A stretch of 64,000 nt of DNA from Pyrinomonadaceae bacterium (lineage in GTDB: Bacteria; Acidobacteriota; Blastocatellia; Pyrinomonadales; Pyrinomonadaceae), in contig DAOLDE010000007.1 in NCBI GenBank assembly GCA_035327545.1, positions 90,286 through 154,285 on the forward strand, read 5' to 3'. Within the stretch, counting starts at the first letter, position 1; every line of letters starts with the position of its first letter. Below, piece by piece: positions 56,877 to 64,000 of the stretch. The notes below the pieces were generated by a model, which had not been told where the DNA came from, did not search any database, and worked only from the letters and a program-made list of their open reading frames with translations. The translations under genes were made by a program, and so were the position numbers.

Positions 56877-59549
56877 ATGGACGACGCGACGCCGATGCTT
56901 CGGCAATATCTTGAGATCAAGAAACAATATCCCGGCACGCTCTTGATGTTTCGGCTCGGAGATTTTTACGAGCTGTTCAAAGAGGATGCTTTGGTCGGTG
57001 CTCGCGAACTCCAGATCACACTGACGGCAAGACAAAAAGACTCTAAAAATCCCATTCCGATGTGTGGCGTGCCTCACCACGCAGCAGCTAACTACATTTC
57101 AAAGCTCGTTCGCAAAGGTTATCGAGTGGCTATATGTGAGCAGGCCGAGCCATCCGCTAAAGGAACGAAACTTGTGCGGCGCGAGGTTGTCAGAGTGATA
57201 ACTCCGGGTACCGCGATCGAGCCTCAGCTTCTCGAAAACAAGGAACCGGTATACCTGGCATCGATCTTTGAAGGCGGTGAAACAATCGGTGTTTCTCTGC
57301 TCGAGCTTTCGACAGGCGAATTCATCTCAACGCAGTTGTTTGGCGGTGACCGATGGCAGCGAGTGCGAGAGTTGCTTGAGGCTCACGCCCCGCGGGAATT
57401 GATCTTTCCTTCCGGTTTGTCAGAAGTTTTGTCTTTTCAATTAAATGGAGGCTCTATACGCTCTGGAAGCCTGCTGACGAACCCGTCGAACGACGGCAAC
57501 ATCGCACAAGATTCCCCTTTTGCATTGACCGGTCTGGACGACGATGATTTCGACCTTTCAAACGGAGAAGCTCTTCTTTGTTCGCATTTTCGGACTCGGG
57601 CGCTTTCCGGATTCGGCCTTGAGAATAAGTCGGAAGCCATTCGTTCTGCTGCTGCCTGCCTGCGCTACGCTCGTTTTACGCAAAAGGCGGCTGCTGACCA
57701 TGTGTCGGAAATCAGGTACTTTGAGCATTCCGATTGTCTGGTGCTTGACCAACTCACGCTGAGAAATCTCGATATTCTGCAGCCAAGAAACGAGGGAAGC
57801 CGTCAGACCTTGCTAACTGTGATCGACGAAACGGTCACTGGCATGGGAGGGAGGCTCGTAAGGGCCTGGCTGCTGCGGCCATCACTTAAACGCAGCGAGA
57901 TCGAAACGCGGCTTGCGGCCGTAGATGAGCTTCTTGACGCGATACTTCGTGACAAAGTTCGTTTCCTGCTAAAGCAAGTGTCGGATCTTGAAAGACTTGT
58001 CGGAAGGTTAAATTTAGGAAGTGCCACGGCTCGCGATCTGAATGCGCTCGCAGGCACATTAGCTCAGACACCCAAATTGTCTGCCGAGCTGCAGGATGCA
58101 AGTTCCCTGCTGCTTCAGGTTCTGTCGGAGAATATTTTCGAGCTCCCCGAAATTCGAGATCTTATTACGTCTGCGATCGTCGATGAGCCGCCTGCGGTAC
58201 TCAGTGACGGCGGGACAATTCGAGACGGCTTTAACGCTGAACTCGACGAGCTTCGGTCGGTAGCTGGTGGAGCAAAGCGGCTGATCGCGGAATTTGAGGA
58301 AAAGGAACGTCAGCGAACCGGGATCTCTACACTAAAGATCCGTTTCAATAATGTGTTCGGCTATTACATCGAGGTTTCACGGGCCAATTCAACGCGGGTC
58401 CCCGACGATTACCATCGACGTCAGACCCTGACGAATGCCGAGCGTTTTACTACACCCCAGTTGAAGGAATGGGAAGACCGGGTGCTTGGAGCAGAATCAA
58501 GGATCTCGGAGCTGGAAGCGGAATTATTTCAACAGATACGAATTAAAGTTAAAGAAGAAACTCACCGTCTGCAAACGACGGCTCGAGCTCTTGCTACTCT
58601 TGATGCCCTTGCATCTCTTGCTGAAACTGCTGCGCGCCGTAATTATGTGCGGCCCGTACTTCACGATGGCGATGAGATCGAGATCAAAAGCGGACGGCAC
58701 GCTATCGTTGAGGCTTCAATGCCGAGCGGGGCTTTCGTTCCGAATGATATTTACCTAAATAACTCTACCGACCGCCTGTTGATTGTCACCGGCGCAAACA
58801 TGGGTGGAAAATCGACCGTACTGCGCCAGGTAGCACTCATTCAGATTCTCGCACAGATCGGTTCATTCGTTCCCGCGTCAAGCGCTAGACTTCCGATATT
58901 GGACCGGATCTGGACACGAGTTGGAGCCTCGGACGACCTGGCTTCAGGTCGTTCCACATTCATGGTCGAAATGACCGAGACCGCCGCGATACTTCACAAT
59001 GCATCGCCGCGTAGTCTGGTGCTTTTGGACGAGATCGGGCGCGGCACCTCTACCTTCGACGGCCTTTCGATAGCGTGGGCCGTGGCCGAATATCTGCACG
59101 ATTCACCCGAGCACGCCGCTAAGACGATCTTTGCCACGCATTACCACGAAATGACCGAGTTGGCAGAAGATCTGTCCGGGGCGAAGAATTATCAAATGAC
59201 TGCGAGCGAGCAGGATGGCGAGGTCGTCTTCCTACATAAGCTCGAAAAAGGGACTGCAGCACGGTCATATGGAATTGCGGTCGCTCGACTGGCCGGTCTT
59301 CCAGCCTCGGTTTTAAACCGTGCGGAGAACGTGCTCGAGCGGCTGGAACGTTATGAACTTGCCGTCTTTTCCGAGGAGGCAAAAAGCGGGCAAAAGGCGG
59401 CTGCCGCTCGTGCCCAAATTGCCCAGCACTCGCTTTTCGAGATAGGTAACGAGACAGTATTGGCAGAACTTCGGGATTTCGATCTGGAAAGCCATTCGCC
59501 TGAAGAAACAATTTCGTTCCTTGCTGAGATCAAGAAAAAGATCAATTGA
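56877..59549 (+). CDS. mutS: DNA mismatch repair protein MutS
   Basis: TPMLRQYLEIKKQYPGTLLMFRLGDFYELF. Walker A TGANMGGKSTVLRQ. DEIGRGTSTFDG. Confidence 0.95.
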   Translation: MDDATPMLRQYLEIKKQYPGTLLMFRLGDFYELFKEDALVGARELQITLTARQKDSKNPIPMCGVPHHAAANYISKLVRKGYRVAICEQAEPSAKGTKLVRREVVRVITPGTAIEPQLLENKEPVYLASIFEGGETIGVSLLELSTGEFISTQLFGGDRWQRVRELLEAHAPRELIFPSGLSEVLSFQLNGGSIRSGSLLTNPSNDGNIAQDSPFALTGLDDDDFDLSNGEALLCSHFRTRALSGFGLENKSEAIRSAAACLRYARFTQKAAADHVSEIRYFEHSDCLVLDQLTLRNLDILQPRNEGSRQTLLTVIDETVTGMGGRLVRAWLLRPSLKRSEIETRLAAVDELLDAILRDKVRFLLKQVSDLERLVGRLNLGSATARDLNALAGTLAQTPKLSAELQDASSLLLQVLSENIFELPEIRDLITSAIVDEPPAVLSDGGTIRDGFNAELDELRSVAGGAKRLIAEFEEKERQRTGISTLKIRFNNVFGYYIEVSRANSTRVPDDYHRRQTLTNAERFTTPQLKEWEDRVLGAESRISELEAELFQQIRIKVKEETHRLQTTARALATLDALASLAETAARRNYVRPVLHDGDEIEIKSGRHAIVEASMPSGAFVPNDIYLNNSTDRLLIVTGANMGGKSTVLRQVALIQILAQIGSFVPASSARLPILDRIWTRVGASDDLASGRSTFMVEMTETAAILHNASPRSLVLLDEIGRGTSTFDGLSIAWAVAEYLHDSPEHAAKTIFATHYHEMTELAEDLSGAKNYQMTASEQDGEVVFLHKLEKGTAARSYGIAVARLAGLPASVLNRAENVLERLERYELAVFSEEAKSGQKAAAARAQIAQHSLFEIGNETVLAELRDFDLESHSPEETISFLAEIKKKIN

Positions 59550-59627
59550 AGAGCCGGTTCTTAAAGTAATTCCTTAAATGTCTATGTCCCGACAGTTAGA
59601 GTGGCTTCTCAACTCTGAATCTGCAAT

Positions 59628-60734
59628 ATGAAACAAATTGATCCAGACGAACTATCGCTAGACGAAAAAGCCGGCCAGCTTTTTTTTATCGGATTACCGG
59701 GCGATACTCTCGATTCGTCAAGCAAAGCTCTGATCGATGAGATCAAGCCGGGCGGCATTTGTCTTTTTGCACGAAATATTCGCACCACCTTTCAAACATC
59801 GGAGCTTTTGACCGATATAAGGGGCCGTCTATCCGTCGAGCCTTTCCTCAGCATTGACCAGGAAGGCGGGCTCGTGGACCGCCTCCGGCGAATACTCGCA
59901 CCCATGCCCGCGGCCTCCAGGTTCGCGACGGCAAATGAAGCTGAAGAGCATGCTGATATCATTGCCGACGCTCTGCTTAGGCTAGGATTTAACATGGATT
60001 TCGCTCCTGTTGTCGATGTTGTTGGGCCTGGCCGCGAACAGTTTGTCAACGGAATTCATTCCCGCGCCTTTGGGAATTCGCCGGACACCGTTGTCGAGAT
60101 CGCCGGTCGATTCCTAGATCGGCTTCAGTCACGAGGCGTGGTCGGGTGTTTGAAGCATTTCCCGGGTTTAGGTGCGTCAACGGTCGATTCGCATGAGGAT
60201 CTTCCGGTCGTTGAGATAGGTCCTGACGAGTTCCGGTCCGTCGATCTTTACCCCTATCAGCGTCTGATCTCTCAAGGGAGCGTTGAGGTCGTGATGGTCG
60301 CTCACGCCGCTTACACGGCCCTATCCTTGCAGGAACGGGCCCAAAATGGCAAACTTTTACCGGCCTCTCTTAGTTTCAACTTTGTCACTTCATTGCTGCG
60401 GCACGAACTCGGGTTTAATGGACTGGTGATCACGGACGACCTTGAAATGGGGGCGATCATGAATAATTTCGGCATAGGAGAGGCGGCCGTACTGGCTCTT
60501 CTTGCCGGAAACGATATGGTATGTATCTGTGCGGATATCGATCGGATGAGAGATGCGCACAGGTCCGTCATCGACGCATTGTCCATCGGCCGGATAACCA
60601 CATCCAGGTTGAACGAAACGCTATCAAGAATATTAAAACTAAAGGCGACCTTGCACACCCCAACGGCATCCGAACCAGCAAGCTTCGATGCCCTCGTAGA
60701 TCGGATAACGGATCTTTCGCGGCGATTGGCCTAA
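59628..60734 (+). CDS. nagZ: beta-N-acetylhexosaminidase, GH3 (NagZ-like)
   Basis: AGQLFFIG...SIDQEGGLV.R...KHFPGLG...VITDDLEMGA. Confidence 0.85.
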   Translation: MKQIDPDELSLDEKAGQLFFIGLPGDTLDSSSKALIDEIKPGGICLFARNIRTTFQTSELLTDIRGRLSVEPFLSIDQEGGLVDRLRRILAPMPAASRFATANEAEEHADIIADALLRLGFNMDFAPVVDVVGPGREQFVNGIHSRAFGNSPDTVVEIAGRFLDRLQSRGVVGCLKHFPGLGASTVDSHEDLPVVEIGPDEFRSVDLYPYQRLISQGSVEVVMVAHAAYTALSLQERAQNGKLLPASLSFNFVTSLLRHELGFNGLVITDDLEMGAIMNNFGIGEAAVLALLAGNDMVCICADIDRMRDAHRSVIDALSIGRITTSRLNETLSRILKLKATLHTPTASEPASFDALVDRITDLSRRLA

Positions 60735-60757
60735 TACAGATCGGAGGTAAACCGAAT

Positions 60758-62311
60758 TTGAGATACTTTTTAACCCTCGCATTCATTCTCGTACTGTTCT
60801 TTACGCTTTCGTGCCGCCGCACGAACAGCGAGATCGTGACCGTCGCGCTATCGGAATCGTTCACTGGATTTGACACGCTGACGACTGAAAAATCCGACGC
60901 CGCGGCGGAACGCGTTCGCAACCTGATGTTTAATGGACTGGTCAGGAAGAATAGTTCGTTCGATTATGAAGGCGAATTGGCTAGCGAGATAGCGACGTCT
61001 GAGGACGGAAAAGCGATCACATTTTTACTTCGGGAGAACATACGGTTTCACAACGGAAAACCGTTCACATCGGCGGACGTCAAATACACCTTCGACGAAC
61101 TTTTTCGAACGAAAGGCTATAAATCATTTGCTTTCTTTGAATCTGTCGGAAAGGACAAGGCACCGACTCCGCACATAATCTCGATCGAGACACCCGATGC
61201 CCGTACGGTCGTCTTTAACCTGGAAAAAGCGGCCTTGAAGAATCAGCTTCTCTCGAACCTGGTAGCCATCCCGATCGTTGCAGATGGGTCTTCCTCCCAG
61301 CTTCGCACTCAGCCGGTAGGTACTGGTCCATTCAAGTTCGTCAGCTTTGATCAATCACAAAACACCGTTGATCTTGAGTCTTTCGCCGATTACTGGGATG
61401 GGGCACCGAAGGTTGCTAAGTTGAGAGTGAAAACGGTCACCGACGCAAGTGCGTTGCAAGCGGAACTCCAGAGCGGCGGTGTTGACATTGCGCCCGTGCC
61501 TTCAAATCTTCCGCCCGACAGTATTCGTCAGTTGGGCACGCTGCCTAATCTGACCGTGGAACAGTTTGACGGATCGAACATTCAATATATTGGCCTGAAC
61601 ACGACTTCCCCGCCGCTCGATAATACAAAAATTCGACAAGCGATCGGCTACGGGATCGACCGCGAGAAGATAATTAAGGAACTGCTTTCAGGCCAGGCTA
61701 AGATCGCCTATTCCATCTTGCCCGAAGGCTCGTGGGCCTACACATCAGGCACTCAGTACAACTACGATCCGGACCGGGCTCGCCAGTTATTGAAGGAGGC
61801 CGGTTATAAGAACCAACCGATCACCTTCAAATTTTCGTCTGGAAATGCGGCTTATAGCAGCTACGCACAGGCGATACAAAATATGTTGGTCGAGGTCGGG
61901 TTGAATATCCAGATCGAAACGCTCGATCCGAACACGATCCGTGAGAATCTTGCAAAAGGCCAGTTTCAGCTGAACACAGGGGCGTGGATAGGCGGCAACC
62001 AGGATCCGCTGTTTCTAAAAGACCTGTTTACAACAGGCAAGATCCCGGGCGAAGGAGTAAGCTGCTGTAACCGCAGCCGTTATTCGAACCCTGAGGTCGA
62101 CCGTCTGCTAAATGATGCGATCAATGAGATAGATCGGGCCCGAGCAAAGGATCTCTATTCCCAAGCCTGGACCGTGATCAGTGGAGATCTGCCACTAATG
62201 CCGCTTTGGTACCCAGCGAACATGTCCATCGCAAACAAACGAATTACGAATATCAAGATCAACCCAAGCGGTGATTGGAGTTTTCTTAAAGATATTACTG
62301 TCACTAATTAG
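60758..62311 (+). CDS. ABC transporter substrate-binding lipoprotein, family 5 (peptide/nickel type)
   Basis: TTG 60758 with GGAGG 10 nt upstream gives MRYFLTLAFILVLFFTLSC (lipobox). The body matches SBP_bac_5 patterns (GTGPFKFV..., IGLNT...P.D). The ORF-track start 60521 lies inside nagZ. Confidence 0.85.
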   Translation: MRYFLTLAFILVLFFTLSCRRTNSEIVTVALSESFTGFDTLTTEKSDAAAERVRNLMFNGLVRKNSSFDYEGELASEIATSEDGKAITFLLRENIRFHNGKPFTSADVKYTFDELFRTKGYKSFAFFESVGKDKAPTPHIISIETPDARTVVFNLEKAALKNQLLSNLVAIPIVADGSSSQLRTQPVGTGPFKFVSFDQSQNTVDLESFADYWDGAPKVAKLRVKTVTDASALQAELQSGGVDIAPVPSNLPPDSIRQLGTLPNLTVEQFDGSNIQYIGLNTTSPPLDNTKIRQAIGYGIDREKIIKELLSGQAKIAYSILPEGSWAYTSGTQYNYDPDRARQLLKEAGYKNQPITFKFSSGNAAYSSYAQAIQNMLVEVGLNIQIETLDPNTIRENLAKGQFQLNTGAWIGGNQDPLFLKDLFTTGKIPGEGVSCCNRSRYSNPEVDRLLNDAINEIDRARAKDLYSQAWTVISGDLPLMPLWYPANMSIANKRITNIKINPSGDWSFLKDITVTN

Positions 62312-62595
62312 GCAGTCTTTTTTAAGAATGTAAATGAAGTTTATTTTTCGGTCCTGCCGGATCACTGGGGATCAGCCGCAGTAAGACGCTGCGCATCCCA
62401 GTAAACTCGATTTAGCCTGCGTTTGTGATCGGAAACCTGCGGTGTCTTGTTTAGTGCTTGCTTGTCACTTGGTTTTGATCGATCTTGTTTGCAGGCGTAG
62501 ATTTCACAAGAACATAGAAAAAGCACGAGGAGCCCCGAAACGGAATGCAAATGTACGAAGCTTCCAGTTAAGCAGCCCGCTCGGTCCGGTAAAAC

Positions 62596-62623
62596 TTGAC
62601 AAATTGCCACGTGCGGCTAGAAT
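62596..62623 (+). promoter_or_regulatory. sigma70 promoter for the tRNA genes (TTGACA-16-TAGAAT)
   Basis: TTGACA at 62596-62601 and TAGAAT at 62618-62623, about 13 nt upstream of the mature tRNA-Gly 5' end. Confidence 0.55.
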
Positions 62624-62635
62624 CATAGTTTGCGA

Positions 62636-62710
62636 GCGGGAGTAGCTCAGTGGTAGAGCGCGACCTTGCCAAGGTCGAAGTCGCGAGTTCGACCCTCGTC
62701 TCCCGCTCCA
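62636..62710 (+). tRNA. tRNA-Gly (anticodon GCC), CCA encoded
   Basis: GCGGGAG/CTCCCGC acceptor stem, GCTC..GAGC D-arm, anticodon loop TTGCCAA, GTTCGACC T-loop, 3' CCA. Confidence 0.9.
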
Positions 62711-62725
62711 AACGTTTAAGGCCAG

Positions 62726-62781
62726 AGGCGAAAGGAGAAAGAGTAAAGTAGTTTCCGTGCTTTAACTTTGTCCTTTCGCCT
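62726..62781 (+). other. long imperfect hairpin followed by T-rich tract in the tRNA-Gly/tRNA-Cys spacer
   Basis: AGGCGAAAGGAgAAAGagTAAAG (62726-62748) pairs with CTTTAaCTTTgTCCTTTCGCCT (62760-62781), about 20 bp. Followed by TTTATCCTTTACCTTTC. Confidence 0.4.
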
Positions 62782-62805
62782 TTATCCTTTACCTTTCAAA
62801 GATGC

Positions 62806-62880
<75 letters not shown>

Positions 62881-62981
62881 ACACTTCGCCACTTCTTCCC
62901 TTGCACCAAGGCATAGTGTTTAGCCGTAAGATGAAAAAGAGCTTGGCACAACGAGCTTAAATAAGCGTTTGCGTAAAATAG

Positions 62982-63020
62982 AACAGCGGCCCCATTTGGT
63001 CGGGGTCGCTGTTTCGTTTG
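62982..63020. terminator. bidirectional rho-independent terminator
   Basis: CAGCGGCCCC-8 nt-GGGGTCGCTG (10 bp). Followed by TTTCGTTTG on the + strand (tRNA operon) and by TTCTATTTTAC on the - strand (end of 63034 gene). Confidence 0.65.
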
Positions 63021-63033
63021 CATCTTGTCCGGC

Positions 63034-64000
63034 TCAGGGTACGGCTGGGCATTGAGCTCGGATAAGCACGGCATTGATGCGCGAGCCCGCCCGCAGCGTG
63101 AAATCCACCAGAAGTGCCGGGTTTGGCCTCGTGAACGTCGTGATGACAGGTGCCGTTGTGCCGAACGGGAACATCGGGATGTTGACATTCGCATTACTGG
63201 CGTTGACTAGTGTCAGGCCGAGCAAGCCGATGCTCGAATCGACCATATCAACCGTAACGGTGCCCGATCCGGCCGTGATCGCTTCGAATGCTGCCAGGCT
63301 GCCCGGATTTACCTCCGTCAAAGTCAGCGTCGGCGTACACACTCCGGGCGGCGTAGGCGTAGGTGTGGGCGTCGGTGTAGGACTTGGCGTTGGGGTTGGA
63401 GTCGGCGTTGGAGTTGGCGGGCCGACAACCGGGAAGGTGCATTGTCCGCGGATCAAAAGTGCGTGCGACCTTGCAGATGCCCGGATGGTGAAGTCAACCG
63501 TCTGGCCCGGAATCGGCAGCGTGTAGGTCACCGTAACCGGATTGAAAGTCCCGAAGGGGAACGACGGTATCGAGATGTTCGCGTTCGTCGAGCTTATGAC
63601 CGAGATATTCTGAAGACCCGCACCACTGTTGATGACATCGATCGTGATGGAGTTGACGCCTGCTGTTACTGACGTAAAGCCCGCAATGCTACCCGGGAAG
63701 ACCTCTGTTATGGTCAGCGTCGACGTGCAAACGGTCGGGTCGATCACGGTGTGCTGTTCGTCGTCGAAGCTGCCGTGGAAATTACTGTCTCCTCCATAGG
63801 AGGCCGTCAAGATCTTTGGCCCGGGCGAGGTCGAAGTCAGGCTGCACATCCCGGCCGCGAACGGTGCGGAGCACGTCCCACCGGTTCCATCAGAGACCAT
63901 GACCGTGCCCGTCGGGGTGCCCGCTCCCAGTGCGACAACGTTAACCGTCCAGTTCACAGTATATGCCTGATTCACAAATGACGGATCAGGGGTGTCGCCC
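63034..64000 (-). CDS. secreted/surface protein with Ig-like domain, Pro-Thr linker and tandem duplicated C-terminal domain (5' end off window)
   Basis: The frame stays open to base 64000, and the ORF-track M at 63975 is an internal GTG. Big_3-like YGGDSNFHGS motif, a (PT)n linker, and two ~100-aa paralogous modules ending ...LIRGQCTF / ...LIRAQCPAVP. Confidence 0.7.
   Translation of the reverse strand, partial: GDTPDPSFVNQAYTVNWTVNVVALGAGTPTGTVMVSDGTGGTCSAPFAAGMCSLTSTSPGPKILTASYGGDSNFHGSFDDEQHTVIDPTVCTSTLTITEVFPGSIAGFTSVTAGVNSITIDVINSGAGLQNISVISSTNANISIPSFPFGTFNPVTVTYTLPIPGQTVDFTIRASARSHALLIRGQCTFPVVGPPTPTPTPTPTPSPTPTPTPTPTPPGVCTPTLTLTEVNPGSLAAFEAITAGSGTVTVDMVDSSIGLLGLTLVNASNANVNIPMFPFGTTAPVITTFTRPNPALLVDFTLRAGSRINAVLIRAQCPAVP

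Noticed and set aside
62362-62610. 82-aa minus-strand ORF
   Set aside because: It overlaps the tRNA promoter region, has Cys/Leu-rich odd composition, and has no RBS or motif.
63335-63425. Short tandem repeats (possible CRISPR/VNTR)
   Set aside because: The GGCGT/GGTGT-type periodicity is the coding sequence of a (Pro-Thr)n linker on the minus strand. There is no spacer-repeat architecture, and no CRISPR array was seen anywhere in the window.

Overview
This 64-kb chromosomal segment is from a moderate-GC, Gram-negative-type bacterium. Gene content weakly suggests Acidobacteriota, but I cannot verify that. About 60 genes are called, mostly housekeeping: hslVU, recO, a fused lptF/lptG-type permease, ahcY-metK, parAB, miaB, dnaE, accA, ssb, tsaB-rimI, mutS, nagZ, tRNA-Gly and tRNA-Cys. 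Three accessory blocks stand out. (1) 0-8.9 kb: a minor-pilin/pseudopilin operon (GspH/I/J/K or FimU-PilVWX order) ends in a ~1000-aa PilX-N-type protein carrying an RGD motif and DxDxDG loops. It is bracketed by two DUF3662/FHA-type proteins and a Ser/Thr kinase. (2) 38.7-41.1 kb: an HPr-kinase-like kinase, a PqqD (RiPP-recognition-element) domain protein and a PF14907-type nucleotidyltransferase. The PqqD protein continues into a twin-arginine-signal-like hydrophobic segment and a 33-aa six-cysteine tail. No known RiPP core enzyme is nearby, and this is the best candidate for an undescribed system. (3) 41.1-56.7 kb: a Wza/Wzc-type polysaccharide locus with a UDP-2-acetamido-2,6-dideoxy-L-hexose pathway, a GDP-mannose-3,5-epimerase-like enzyme and an HldC-GmhA fusion. 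Other items are an IS200/RAYT-like Y1 transposase gene with an in-frame TGA, flanked by directly repeated hairpins; an orphan promoter-to-terminator unit that looks like a ~210-nt sRNA; repeated operator-like motifs at a MarR promoter; and a 56-aa membrane ORF missing from the ORF track. All calls rest on motif recognition by eye. No database searches were run.
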